Virus record (IMG/VR): IMGVR_UViG_3300031841_001859
Span: 1 to 61,389 of that record
Source of the DNA: a virus
Lineage: Duplodnaviria > Caudoviricetes
Direction: 5' to 3' (one strand)
DNA: 61,389 bases
Shown: piece after piece, positions 1-8,485 of the stretch
How positions within the stretch are numbered: the stretch's first letter is position 1
Layout of the letters: each line of letters opens with the position of its first letter
The notes under the pieces: model-generated
Database searches by the model: none
Told to the model about the DNA's origin: nothing
What the model saw: the letters and a program-made list of their open reading frames with translations, nothing else
Program-made: the position numbers and the translations under genes

Positions 1-91
1 TTGGCTATAAGCAACATGAACTGATGCAAGACATAGCTCTGTCAGTGGGTGCTACTTATTATTCTGAAAAGACAGGGGATGATTTATCTAT
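1..91. repeat. Terminal overlap, copy 1 (circular assembly signature)
   Basis: Identical to 61299-61389; lies inside groEL. Confidence 0.95.
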
Positions 92-737
92 TATAACTTT
101 CCAGGACCTAGGTAGAGCTAAAAAGATAATTGTAGGAAAAGACTCAAGTATTATACTGAAGGATGATGAGCACGTTAACCAGTCACTAATAAAAGAAAGA
201 GTAGACCAGCTATGGGACGCTCATAAGATAACAACTCAAAAACAGGATAAGGAGTTTATACTATCTCGAATCGCTTCACTCACCGGTGGTGTCGGGGTAA
301 TCTATGTTGGTGGTAACACCGACCTTGAACAGAAAGAACTGTTCGATAGAGTAGATGATGCAGTATGCGCAGTACGCTCAGCACTAGAGGAAGGCATACT
401 ACCTGGAGCTGGGCTAGCGCTGTATCAGGAAGGGTTAAAGTTATTAGGCTCAAAAAATTCTACAAAAAAAATCGCCAAGGCGATTTTAGGGGGGGCGCTT
501 AAAGAACCGCTTCTTCAAATACAACGTAATGCAGGAATAGAAAACAATAGAGTGTATAACGAGGACAATATAGGCCTTGATGTAAAAAACAACCAGGAGG
601 GTAATCTAATTGATATTGGGATTATTGACCCAATGAAAGTTACAAAGCAAGCGCTTCAAAATGCTGTGAGTGTTGCAGTAACAATACTATCTACTAACGC
701 TATAGTAACTATGGCAAGAACATACGAGACGCAGTGA
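1..737 (+). CDS. groEL: Chaperonin GroEL, 3' part (gene starts at 60443 and crosses the join; about 530 aa)
   Basis: LTGGVGVIYVGG, DDAVCAVRSALEEGILPGAG, GIIDPMKVTKQALQNAVSVA; in frame with ATG 60443; no GGM tail. Confidence 0.95.
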   Translation, partial: GYKQHELMQDIALSVGATYYSEKTGDDLSIITFQDLGRAKKIIVGKDSSIILKDDEHVNQSLIKERVDQLWDAHKITTQKQDKEFILSRIASLTGGVGVIYVGGNTDLEQKELFDRVDDAVCAVRSALEEGILPGAGLALYQEGLKLLGSKNSTKKIAKAILGGALKEPLLQIQRNAGIENNRVYNEDNIGLDVKNNQEGNLIDIGIIDPMKVTKQALQNAVSVAVTILSTNAIVTMARTYETQ

Positions 738-910
738 AGTTTATAGATTACATAATGCTGTTTGCGCTTATAAGTTTATTTTTAACTGTTTCGTCTTGCT
801 CAAAAACTGAAGACCCATGTAAAGATTATAGGGTCGAGCAATTTCAGAAAGTAGATTGCACAGATGACTGCGTTACAATTATAACCACTATTGAATATTG
901 TAGCAAATGA
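734..910 (+). CDS. Small Cys-rich lipoprotein (58 aa, not in ORF track)
   Basis: GTG overlaps the groEL stop (GTGA); MKFIDYIMLFALISLFLTVSSC-SKTEDPC..., i.e. hydrophobic signal plus lipobox Cys. Confidence 0.6.
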   Translation: MKFIDYIMLFALISLFLTVSSCSKTEDPCKDYRVEQFQKVDCTDDCVTIITTIEYCSK

Positions 911-1023
911 AATTATCAAAAGTAGTAAAGAGATATTATCAAAACGCTTATCTTCAAGCCAGAGGGCTAAAAAGAAAAAAGGAGCTTACTCTTAGAAAGT
1001 ATTTCAAAAAGCTTATGAAATGA
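907..1023 (+). CDS. Small basic protein (38 aa)
   Basis: ATGA overlaps with both neighbours; MKLSKVVKRYYQNAYLQARGLKRKK... Confidence 0.5.
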   Translation: MKLSKVVKRYYQNAYLQARGLKRKKELTLRKYFKKLMK

Positions 1024-1793
1024 AAGCAGATAATTCAGAGGTTTGCTTTGAAACATTTATTGGAAAAATTTACTTGTATAAAAACGAAACATTTATAACA
1101 CAAGAGTTTAATAAAGGAAGATATTGGGATATAAATGTTCTATTAAAAATTCAAAACTACATCGACCCTGAAAAGAATATTATTGAAATTGGAGCTCACT
1201 GTGGAACTTCAAGTTTATTCTATGCAAAGCTGTTAAAGAATACAAGCAAACTTTATGCTTATGAGCCGCAAACAAATTTATTTGATTTACTTGTTAAAAA
1301 CATAAACGAGAATAATCTGAATAAAAAAATAAAATCTTATAACAAAGCAATGTTTTGTGTGAAAGGTTTTTTTAACATGAATAAGATAGATATAGATGGT
1401 GGGGGTGGAGAAGTTTATAAAAGGTATAATGAAGAAAGTGAATTGCCATGCAACTTTGGAGGAATAGGATTAGGAGTGAAAGGAGAAAAAGTTAAAACAA
1501 TTACTCTTGATAATTGTAAGAAAAAAAACATAGGATTTATTCATTGTGATGCACAAGGAGCTGAAAACTTTATATTTAGTTCAGGAAAAAAATTACTTAA
1601 AAAAAATAAACCTGTCATTCTTTATGAGAATAATAAAAAATATAATCCAAAGCTTTATAAAAATGTAATGCAAAGTTACCCTCAATATTTTGTTGAAGGT
1701 AGTTTCAATTTAGAAGAATATTGTTTAAATGTCTTGAATTATTCAAAAGTAATACATAATTTTAATACTGGAGATGATTTACTAATACCTTAA
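1020..1793 (+). CDS. FkbM-family SAM-dependent methyltransferase
   Basis: IEIGAHCG, YAYEPQ, TLD...FIHCDAQGAE and KPVILYE motifs. Confidence 0.85.
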   Translation: MKADNSEVCFETFIGKIYLYKNETFITQEFNKGRYWDINVLLKIQNYIDPEKNIIEIGAHCGTSSLFYAKLLKNTSKLYAYEPQTNLFDLLVKNINENNLNKKIKSYNKAMFCVKGFFNMNKIDIDGGGGEVYKRYNEESELPCNFGGIGLGVKGEKVKTITLDNCKKKNIGFIHCDAQGAENFIFSSGKKLLKKNKPVILYENNKKYNPKLYKNVMQSYPQYFVEGSFNLEEYCLNVLNYSKVIHNFNTGDDLLIP

Positions 1794-1796
1794 TTT

Positions 1797-2054
1797 ATGA
1801 AACCAATCGGTAAGAATATAATTATAAAAACAATCGAGGAGGAGATAAAAACTTCGTCAGGACTTCTTCTTAGTTCAGAAGATGCCAACCAACTAAGATA
1901 CAAAAAAGGAGTGATAATAAAATCAGGAACTGAAGTTGACGTTTTAGATGAAGGTGATTTTATATTTTACGATAAACGCTCTGGCTACTCTATGATAATT
2001 AACGACGAGCCTTATACCATTATTCAGGAGAAAGACGTCGTTGTTGTCTTATAG
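1797..2054 (+). CDS. groES: Co-chaperonin GroES
   Basis: MKPIGKNIII...KTSSGLLL...GVIIKSG...GDFIFY...IIQEKDVVVVL. Confidence 0.9.
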   Translation: MKPIGKNIIIKTIEEEIKTSSGLLLSSEDANQLRYKKGVIIKSGTEVDVLDEGDFIFYDKRSGYSMIINDEPYTIIQEKDVVVVL

Positions 2055-2463
2055 TTTTGTTCATATCTAAAATCATTTTTTTGTAAACCTTATCACTAAA
2101 CTTAACATTTTTAGCAAACATAGGATTAGCGGATAAAGATGTAGGGATTTCCTCTCCTGATAATTTTTTATAGATAGAACCAATAACTCTATTGGTTTTA
2201 TAAGAAAGAGAATATAAGCTTTTAAATTTTTTTGGACTACGACGAAAGACTTCAATCCATCCATCACGAAGCAGTCTATCAAATCTATCTTCATCCCAAG
2301 ATAGGAGATTATCAAACTCTTCAAACTTATCTTTTGAAAAAATATCTTCGCTATATAGAAACAGTAACATATCTAGGTCTGCAGTAGTTAGACCATATTT
2401 AGCTTTAATAAAATAGCGGATGACTCGCCAGTACTTTAGGCAGTCGTTTACTTTGGATTTCAT
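2020..2463 (-). CDS. Hypothetical protein, possible winged-helix DNA-binding protein
   Basis: YGLTTADLDMLLFLY...FDRLLRDGWIEVFR...YSLS resembles a MarR-like wHTH; lone antisense gene. Confidence 0.6.
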   Translation of the reverse strand: MKSKVNDCLKYWRVIRYFIKAKYGLTTADLDMLLFLYSEDIFSKDKFEEFDNLLSWDEDRFDRLLRDGWIEVFRRSPKKFKSLYSLSYKTNRVIGSIYKKLSGEEIPTSLSANPMFAKNVKFSDKVYKKMILDMNKTIRQQRRLSPE

Positions 2464-2477
2464 TTTATTAGATTTAG

Positions 2478-2485
2478 TATCTTTG
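2478..2485 (+). promoter_or_regulatory. Bacteroidota -7 promoter element (TATCTTTG)
   Basis: Intergenic TAnnTTTG. The same element recurs upstream of + genes at 4416, 12727, 14313, 20077, 23620, 24000, 33928, 35532 and 59788, with variant TATCTTTA at 32032. Confidence 0.7.
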
Positions 2486-2501
2486 TAAAAATAATAATAT
2501 T

Positions 2502-2750
2502 ATGCCAAAAGGAATAAGACCCAGTAAAAAAAATAAATCTAAGTCAGTAGGAATCCGTAAAATGGATAATTACGACTCAGTGGGATTTCGTAATTCAGCA
2601 ATTAGAAGAATTAACTCAACACCAGGGGATGTAGAGATTTACAACCCTTCGACAGGTACATCAAAATTGGTATACGCACCAAAAGGGTCGAGAGAAGAAA
2701 AAATTCTTGACGCTACTTTAAGAACAAAAAATCCAATGGATAAAAGATAA
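2502..2750 (+). CDS. Small basic hypothetical protein
   Basis: ORF directly after a promoter element; Lys/Arg-rich. Confidence 0.6.
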   Translation: MPKGIRPSKKNKSKSVGIRKMDNYDSVGFRNSAIRRINSTPGDVEIYNPSTGTSKLVYAPKGSREEKILDATLRTKNPMDKR

Positions 2751-2849
2751 TGGAGAAAAGTTCTTTAGATAAAAACAAATACAATTATACGTGTCCAAAG
2801 GGTAACACGAAAGACTACCCTAATATGTTAATCTATAAAAAACAAGGTT

Positions 2850-3005
2850 ATGCCAACAGTAAAGTATAAAGGCGGAGAAAAAACATTTCCATACAACGCC
2901 GTGGGAAAAGCACAAGCAGCTTCATTTGCTGCTATGATGAAAGGTAAAATAAAGAACAATCCAGATTACGGGATGGAGAAGAATACTAATTCCGGTTATA
3001 AATAA
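2850..3005 (+). CDS. Small hypothetical protein (51 aa)
   Basis: MPTVKYKGGEKTFPYNAVGKAQAASFA...; stop overlaps the next ATG (TAATG). Confidence 0.6.
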   Translation: MPTVKYKGGEKTFPYNAVGKAQAASFAAMMKGKIKNNPDYGMEKNTNSGYK

Positions 3006-3340
3006 TGGATAAGCCGGCGTCGTTATCTGAATCAACAAAGTTTAACATCGACGTCAAAACAATAGTAGCCATCTGTTTTGGTTTACTATCGTTGGCGGGG
3101 GTGTATTTTACATTAATAGGTCAGATTCAGCAGATGGAGGTAAGTATAATGAGGATGGAGTCTGAGCTAGAAATGAATAGCGAGTTTAGGATTAAGTGGC
3201 CTAGAGGAGAACTAGGAGCTTTACCTGATGATGCTGAGCAGAATATGAGATTGATGTATTTAGAAAAATATCAAGCGAAAGCAATTGAAGATTTAGATTT
3301 TCTTAAATTAAAAGTGAAAGAATTAGAAATACACAACTAA
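3005..3340 (+). CDS. Membrane protein (one TM helix plus coiled coil)
   Basis: TIVAICFGLLSLAGVYFTLIG hydrophobic stretch. Confidence 0.7.
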   Translation: MDKPASLSESTKFNIDVKTIVAICFGLLSLAGVYFTLIGQIQQMEVSIMRMESELEMNSEFRIKWPRGELGALPDDAEQNMRLMYLEKYQAKAIEDLDFLKLKVKELEIHN

Positions 3341-3495
3341 TGGCAAAAAAAAAAACAGGTCGAAAAAATAAAATATGCGCGGCAGGTATAGCTTGGGCAA
3401 AAAGAACGTTTGATACGTATCCTTCTGCTTATGCAAATATGGCTGCAAGTAAATATTGTAAAGACCCTAACTACGCAAAAAAAAGTAAGAAATGA
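3340..3495 (+). CDS. Small basic protein with YPSAYA motif (51 aa)
   Basis: MAKKKTGRKNKICAAGIAWAKRTFDTYPSAYANMAASKYCK...; coupled to both neighbours. Confidence 0.7.
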   Translation: MAKKKTGRKNKICAAGIAWAKRTFDTYPSAYANMAASKYCKDPNYAKKSKK

Positions 3496-3737
3496 AAAAA
3501 CAAGAGCTCCAAAAACTTAAGGATTCTATTCCAATGAAAAACAAAGCAATAGAAAAGCTAAGTAAACGTTTTGACCCTGTTACCCAAGACCCTGTCTTTT
3601 TAAAAGCAAAAAAAAAATATGACAGTCTTTACAAGGTAAATCCTAAAGCAGCTGAAAAGTTTAGAATACAAAAAAATTCTCCAAATAAAAAAGGCGAATA
3701 TACTATGTATATAGCCCCAAAAAAAAGTAAGAAATGA
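3492..3737 (+). CDS. Small Lys-rich protein
   Basis: ATGA-coupled ORF. Confidence 0.6.
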   Translation: MKKQELQKLKDSIPMKNKAIEKLSKRFDPVTQDPVFLKAKKKYDSLYKVNPKAAEKFRIQKNSPNKKGEYTMYIAPKKSKK

Positions 3738-3880
3738 GTAAACATAGTAAAATGAGCAAAAAGGGTCGTAACGGAAAAAGACCAAACTTAGGAATGCAAA
3801 GTGTTATATATGGTATTGATAATAATCCAGGTATAACTGCAGCCGACCCTAAAGCTAAATTCATTGCAAAAAATAAATAG
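3734..3880 (+). CDS. Small basic protein (48 aa)
   Basis: MSKHSKMSKKGRNGKRPNLGMQSVIYGIDNNPGITAADPKAKFI...; ATGA-coupled. Confidence 0.55.
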   Translation: MSKHSKMSKKGRNGKRPNLGMQSVIYGIDNNPGITAADPKAKFIAKNK

Positions 3881-3882
3881 TA

Positions 3883-4125
3883 ATGAGTGAGTTAAAAAAG
3901 TGGAGAGACCAAAAATGGGTACGCATAGGAACTGATGGTAAAATCAAAGGTGAATGCGGAACTAGTAAGGATAAGAAGAATCCAGACAGATGTCTGCCAC
4001 TTGCTAAAGCTAGAAGGCTTTCTAAAAGACAGCTAGCAGCAACAGCTCGTAAAAAGAAAAAGGAAGGAAGAAAAGGAAAAACAGTAGTGTCCAATACGTC
4101 GGCAGCAAAAGTAAGAAACGCATAA
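3883..4125 (+). CDS. Small basic phage protein (DUF5872-like)
   Basis: LKKWRDQKWVRI...CG...RCLP...A..LS pattern recalled from aquatic phages. Confidence 0.65.
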   Translation: MSELKKWRDQKWVRIGTDGKIKGECGTSKDKKNPDRCLPLAKARRLSKRQLAATARKKKKEGRKGKTVVSNTSAAKVRNA

Positions 4126-4415
4126 TGGCAGATAAAAGTAAAATGGCTTGTAACAAGCCTATGAAATCAGACAGAGCAGGTAAAAAGAAAATGGTAAAAG
4201 CTTGTTCGGGCGGCAAAGAAAAACTTATACACTTTGGAGCTACTGGGTATGGTCATAATTATTCTGCTGCAGCTCGTAAAAGTTTTAAAGCAAGACACAA
4301 GTGTAGCAGTGCTACATCTAAACTAACCGCAAGATACTGGGCCTGCAAAAATCTGTGGGCAGGAAAAGGTGGTTCTACAAAATCTTCTCCAAAAAATAGA
4401 CAAGGAAAATATTAG
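4125..4415 (+). CDS. Small basic Cys-containing phage protein
   Basis: KLIHFG...ARKSFKARHKC...LTARYWAC pattern recalled from aquatic phages. Confidence 0.7.
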   Translation: MADKSKMACNKPMKSDRAGKKKMVKACSGGKEKLIHFGATGYGHNYSAAARKSFKARHKCSSATSKLTARYWACKNLWAGKGGSTKSSPKNRQGKY

Positions 4416-4440
4416 TATCTTTGTTATAAATTTTTAAATT

Positions 4441-4653
4441 ATGAAACAAGGATATAACGCTAGGCTAGACGAATCTCTAGGAGCAAAGAACGGAAAAAAG
4501 TCTCAATCTTATAAAGCAAGAAGAGACGAAAGCAAAGCTATGTCTAAGAAAATTTATGGACACGCTTACGGTGGTGACCATTCTATGGCATACGAATCTC
4601 ATGGAGAAAAGGGTAGTGTAAAACAACACATATCAGGTTTAATTAAAAAGTAA
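4441..4653 (+). CDS. Small basic hypothetical protein
   Basis: QGYNARLDESLG...RRDESKAM; follows a -7 element at 4416. Confidence 0.65.
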   Translation: MKQGYNARLDESLGAKNGKKSQSYKARRDESKAMSKKIYGHAYGGDHSMAYESHGEKGSVKQHISGLIKK

Positions 4654-4841
4654 TGGCAAAGCAACAACCCATAATGATTAAGAAAAAAAATCAGGGTAAG
4701 TTTACTGATTGGGCTAAGAAAAATATGCCTGGAAAATCAGTTTGCTCAGCAGCATCTGCTGTTATGAAAAACGAAAAAAAATATACAACTAGAGTTGTAA
4801 AGATGGCAAATTTTGCCAAGAACTTTGGTTGTGCTAAATAA
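4653..4841 (+). CDS. Small basic hypothetical protein
   Basis: IKKKNQGKFTDWAKK...MANFAKN. Confidence 0.65.
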   Translation: MAKQQPIMIKKKNQGKFTDWAKKNMPGKSVCSAASAVMKNEKKYTTRVVKMANFAKNFGCAK

Positions 4842-4846
4842 ATAAC

Positions 4847-5008
4847 ATGAAGAAACTAGGAGCATGGCTTATTAAAACTTCTCATGCTATCGCAAGATGG
4901 TGGGGAAAAATTACACATAATTTTAAATGTAATTGGAATAAGATTATCTTTGCAATATCATTTAAGATGAAAGAGTGTAAAAACGAAAAATGTTTATGTA
5001 CAAAATGA
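4847..5008 (+). CDS. Small Trp/Cys-rich protein (53 aa)
   Basis: MKKLGAWLIKTSHAIARWWGK...CKNEKCLCTK; ATGA-coupled to the next ORF. Confidence 0.5.
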   Translation: MKKLGAWLIKTSHAIARWWGKITHNFKCNWNKIIFAISFKMKECKNEKCLCTK

Positions 5009-5169
5009 AGTCAAGAGGACTGGGAGATGATATAGAAAAGTTTACTAAGTTCACAGGAATTAAAAAAGCTGTAGACGTAGTAGCACAAAAATTTAATAAA
5101 GATTGCGGGTGCGATGGAAGACGAGATGGTCTAAATCGTTTATTTCCGTATAGTAAAAAAAATAATTAA
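5005..5169 (+). CDS. Small GLGD...DCGC protein (54 aa)
   Basis: MKSRGLGDDIEKFTKFTGIKKAV...DCGCDGRRDGLNRLFPY; family recalled from Bacteroidota phages. Confidence 0.7.
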   Translation: MKSRGLGDDIEKFTKFTGIKKAVDVVAQKFNKDCGCDGRRDGLNRLFPYSKKNN

Positions 5170-5171
5170 AA

Positions 5172-5642
5172 ATGGCATACCAAAAATTACAGGCAGGAAG
5201 AGCATGGTCGGTAAATAAATCTGACAATACAGATATTCCTGATATAGGAACTGCAGGGCCAACTGGAACAACAACCAGTGGAAGTGCAACACAACTTATT
5301 GATAGCAACGCTACATTTTTAACAAGCGGTGTTAAATTAGGAATGATTGTCGTGAACACCACAGACGGTACTCAGACTACTGTAATTGGTATAAATAACG
5401 ACACAACTTTAACAGTTGCTAATAATATATTTGCGGTAACTGCTAAAGCATACGCTATTTATGGCGGTGAGCAAGAAGGAGCAGTACTATATATTGGTAC
5501 AGCCGGGGATTTAAAAGTAGAAACGGTAGCCGGTGACGAGGTTACGTTTGTTGGGATAAATACAGGAGCGTTTTTTCCAGTTCATGTAAGAAAAGTTTTT
5601 GCAACAGGAACAAGTGCTTCAAACATTATAGCTCTTTGGTAA
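5172..5642 (+). CDS. Putative virion structural/spike-base protein
   Basis: Thr/Gly-rich; C-terminal LYIGTAGDLKV...FFPVHVRKVFATGTSASNIIALW. Confidence 0.65.
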   Translation: MAYQKLQAGRAWSVNKSDNTDIPDIGTAGPTGTTTSGSATQLIDSNATFLTSGVKLGMIVVNTTDGTQTTVIGINNDTTLTVANNIFAVTAKAYAIYGGEQEGAVLYIGTAGDLKVETVAGDEVTFVGINTGAFFPVHVRKVFATGTSASNIIALW

Positions 5643-5643
5643 T

Positions 5644-5796
5644 ATGTCTTTAATAATTGCCATAGGAAATTACATTGGGATAAACCAATTAGGTATTACC
5701 CCGCCCTATGGAGGAGAAGACATAGTTACTGAAACCGGAGTTCAAATGGTAAGTGAGACAGGAAGTCAAGATTTAATAACAGAACAAGCACCTTAA
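5644..5796 (+). CDS. Small structural peptide with xTExG repeats (50 aa)
   Basis: ...EDIVTETGVQMVSETGSQDLITEQAP. Confidence 0.55.
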   Translation: MSLIIAIGNYIGINQLGITPPYGGEDIVTETGVQMVSETGSQDLITEQAP

Positions 5797-5806
5797 TAGA
5801 AAAAAA

Positions 5807-6472
5807 ATGGCAGTAAAATTTTCACAATTTACAACAGGAGCAACACTAGCGGACATAGATTATTTCGTTGGTTATCAAGGTACGGACAACGTACAGATAC
5901 CGAAAGCTCTTCTGACTGGAACAACATATACGGTAGATGTTCCAGCAGCAACAACAAATATAAACCTAGCAGGAAGTGATGGTAGCAATGATGCTATTAC
6001 ACTAACAGCAGGAACAGATATCGCTCTTACAAGAGTAAGCGCAAGCGAAATATCTATTGCATCAACTGCAACTGGAGATACATACACACTTCAAGCTGGA
6101 ACTAAAGTTGGTTCTAGTGTTCCATTACAATTAGATGCTGCCGTAGGAACTGATTCTACTGTTAATCTTACTGAAGGTGCAGGGATAACATTAACTCAGA
6201 CTTCCGCAACAGAGATAACAGTAGCTGCCACTGCCACAGGAACTACAGTTGTTAAAGACCAATTCACAGGAAACAATTCAACAACTGGATTTACATTATC
6301 AACTACTCCGAGTAGTGCAGACAATATTAACATTTATATAAGCGGTGTATATCAGAACTCATTAGATTCTGGTGGTTCAGCTAATTATAGCGTAGTAGGA
6401 ACAACATTAACGTTCACAACAGCGCCACCAACAACCGCAACAAATGGAATAGAAGTAGTAATAACACAATAA
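5807..6472 (+). CDS. Tail fibre/structural protein
   Basis: Two internal repeats (DAITLTAGTDIALT / STVNLTEGAGITLT) and an FTGN..TT.FTL...YISGVYQ...LTFTTAP domain. Confidence 0.7.
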   Translation: MAVKFSQFTTGATLADIDYFVGYQGTDNVQIPKALLTGTTYTVDVPAATTNINLAGSDGSNDAITLTAGTDIALTRVSASEISIASTATGDTYTLQAGTKVGSSVPLQLDAAVGTDSTVNLTEGAGITLTQTSATEITVAATATGTTVVKDQFTGNNSTTGFTLSTTPSSADNINIYISGVYQNSLDSGGSANYSVVGTTLTFTTAPPTTATNGIEVVITQ

Positions 6473-6482
6473 CGTTTAGCTC

Positions 6483-7493
6483 ATGGCAACAAACAAAGTA
6501 ACTACAAACTTAATTGACATGAGTGGTAACACTGGAGGTCTAGTGTGGTCACAAGGGACTACAGCTCAAAGACCTGCTGGAGTTGCTGGAGACCTACGTT
6601 TGAATACTACAGATAGCAGATTAGAGTTTTACAACGGAACAGATTGGAAAAGATTATCCGAAGGAGCGGCTACACCTAGCGTAGCTTTTCAAGCAGACTT
6701 TTTAGTCGTAGCTGGTGGAGGAGGTGGAGCATTTTCTGCACCAGGAGGAGGTGGTGCGGGTGGTCTGCGAACTTCATACGGAAGCACATCTGGTGGAGGA
6801 AGTTCCAATGAAAGTCAAATAGGTATTGCTCTTTCTACAAATTACACCGTAACAGTTGGTAGTGGAGGTGCTGGTGCAACAGTAGCAGCTTCAGGTGCTA
6901 ATGGGGTTGATTCATCTATTTCAGCTACAGGAATCACAACAATTACATCTTTAGGCGGTGGAGGAGGGAATCGAACGACAAATGTAGGTTTAACTGGTGG
7001 TTCTGGTGGTGGTTCTGGAGAAACACAACTTTCTACTGGTGGTAGCGGTACAGCTAATCAAGGATATGATGGAGGTTATGGTAATGGTGGGGGTGGAGGT
7101 GCTGGAGGAACTGGAAATAATGGTTACGGTGCTGGTGTTAATTTAGCAAGTAATGGAGGTATTGGGGGTGATGGTTTAGCAGTCTCAATAACAGGAAGTT
7201 CAGTAACTTATGCTTCAGGGGGAAGTGCATATTATGCCGCTCCTAGTGCTACTTTAAGTCCAAATCCAACTGGAGGAGGAGGAGGAGGGGCTTCTGTGGC
7301 TAATGGTGTAGCTAATTCTGGTGGTGGAGGAAGAGCAGATGGAGGAAATGGTGGAAGCGGTATTGTAATAATAAGATACCCTAACACCTATACAATAACA
7401 GTAGGAGCAGGTTTAACAAGTTCAACCACTACGGATGGTAGTGATAAAATAACATCGTTTACTGCGGGTAGCGATACAGTAAGTTTTAGTTAA
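6483..7493 (+). CDS. Glycine-rich tail fibre protein
   Basis: GTTAQRP...LRLNTT..LEFYNG anchor motif; LVVAGGGGG...GGSGIVIIRY Gly-rich domain. Confidence 0.75.
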   Translation: MATNKVTTNLIDMSGNTGGLVWSQGTTAQRPAGVAGDLRLNTTDSRLEFYNGTDWKRLSEGAATPSVAFQADFLVVAGGGGGAFSAPGGGGAGGLRTSYGSTSGGGSSNESQIGIALSTNYTVTVGSGGAGATVAASGANGVDSSISATGITTITSLGGGGGNRTTNVGLTGGSGGGSGETQLSTGGSGTANQGYDGGYGNGGGGGAGGTGNNGYGAGVNLASNGGIGGDGLAVSITGSSVTYASGGSAYYAAPSATLSPNPTGGGGGGASVANGVANSGGGGRADGGNGGSGIVIIRYPNTYTITVGAGLTSSTTTDGSDKITSFTAGSDTVSFS

Positions 7494-7494
7494 T

Positions 7495-8484
7495 ATGGCA
7501 CATTACGCATTTTTAAATAACGACGCAACTACAGGAACTCTAAGAGAGGAGCTTGAAGTATTATGGAATGAGATGGGTACGCTTACTTCTATTGAAGAGC
7601 CGACTCAGGATGATACAGCTGCTATTGAAGCAAAGCAAGCAGAGATAGATAGCAAGCAAGAAGAAATAGACAAAAGTCTTTGCGTAGTTACTGGAGTAAT
7701 TACTGGAGTTCTAGAGACGTATGAGAAATCTGCTAGTGATGAAACGATTGAGCAGGAAATAAAAGATTTAGAAGCTAGTAGGGTTGACCAAGAGACAGGA
7801 CAAGCCTTACCTAAAGAAGAAGTTGCAGCTATAGATGCGCAGGTTCAAGCTAAACTTGAAGAGCTTCATGCGCTTCCACCAGAGGTTATAGACAATACAG
7901 TTTACTGGGAAGGGTATTACGGGAAAGGCGGACTATGCAAGAGAACTTCTTATAACACAATAGGTGGTGTTCACCAAAATGGCGGTACACCTTTTAGAAA
8001 AAATTATGCAGGGGTAGGGTATACTTACGACCCTGTAAGAGATGCTTTTTATGCACCTCAACCATTTGAGTCTTGGACTCTAAATGAAGATACTTGTTTA
8101 TGGGAAAGTCCTGTAGAAAAACCAGAGGGAGAAACCTGGTGGAAAGAAGATACGACAGAGTGGGTAGATTATTTATATTTATCCCAGCCTTATAATCAAG
8201 AGCCACCATACCCAAGTTGGACTTGGAGCACAGAGACAGGATGGACAGCTCCAGTAGAAAAAGTAGAAGGAAAAGATTATTGGAATGAGGAAGCTCAAGA
8301 GTGGACAACTACCTATCTTGTCGGCCCTAAACCATACCCAAGCTGGATTGTAAAAGATGTTGAGGTTGGTTTGAATAAAGTTTTAGCGTCTGTTTGGTCG
8401 TCTCCAATAGATTATCCTAATGACGGAAATTCGTATATTTGGGATGAAGAAACACAAAGCTGGGATTTAAAAATTATAGATTAA
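7495..8484 (+). CDS. MAHYA-type fibre-associated protein with Trp-rich repeats
   Basis: KRTSYN...RKNYAGVGYTYD...DAFYAPQPFESW; paralog of 12748-13128. Confidence 0.65.
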   Translation: MAHYAFLNNDATTGTLREELEVLWNEMGTLTSIEEPTQDDTAAIEAKQAEIDSKQEEIDKSLCVVTGVITGVLETYEKSASDETIEQEIKDLEASRVDQETGQALPKEEVAAIDAQVQAKLEELHALPPEVIDNTVYWEGYYGKGGLCKRTSYNTIGGVHQNGGTPFRKNYAGVGYTYDPVRDAFYAPQPFESWTLNEDTCLWESPVEKPEGETWWKEDTTEWVDYLYLSQPYNQEPPYPSWTWSTETGWTAPVEKVEGKDYWNEEAQEWTTTYLVGPKPYPSWIVKDVEVGLNKVLASVWSSPIDYPNDGNSYIWDEETQSWDLKIID

Positions 8485-8485
8485 A

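Noticed and set aside
24-737. Truncated groEL or pseudogene
   Set aside because: The 5' half is at 60443-61389, in frame across the join.
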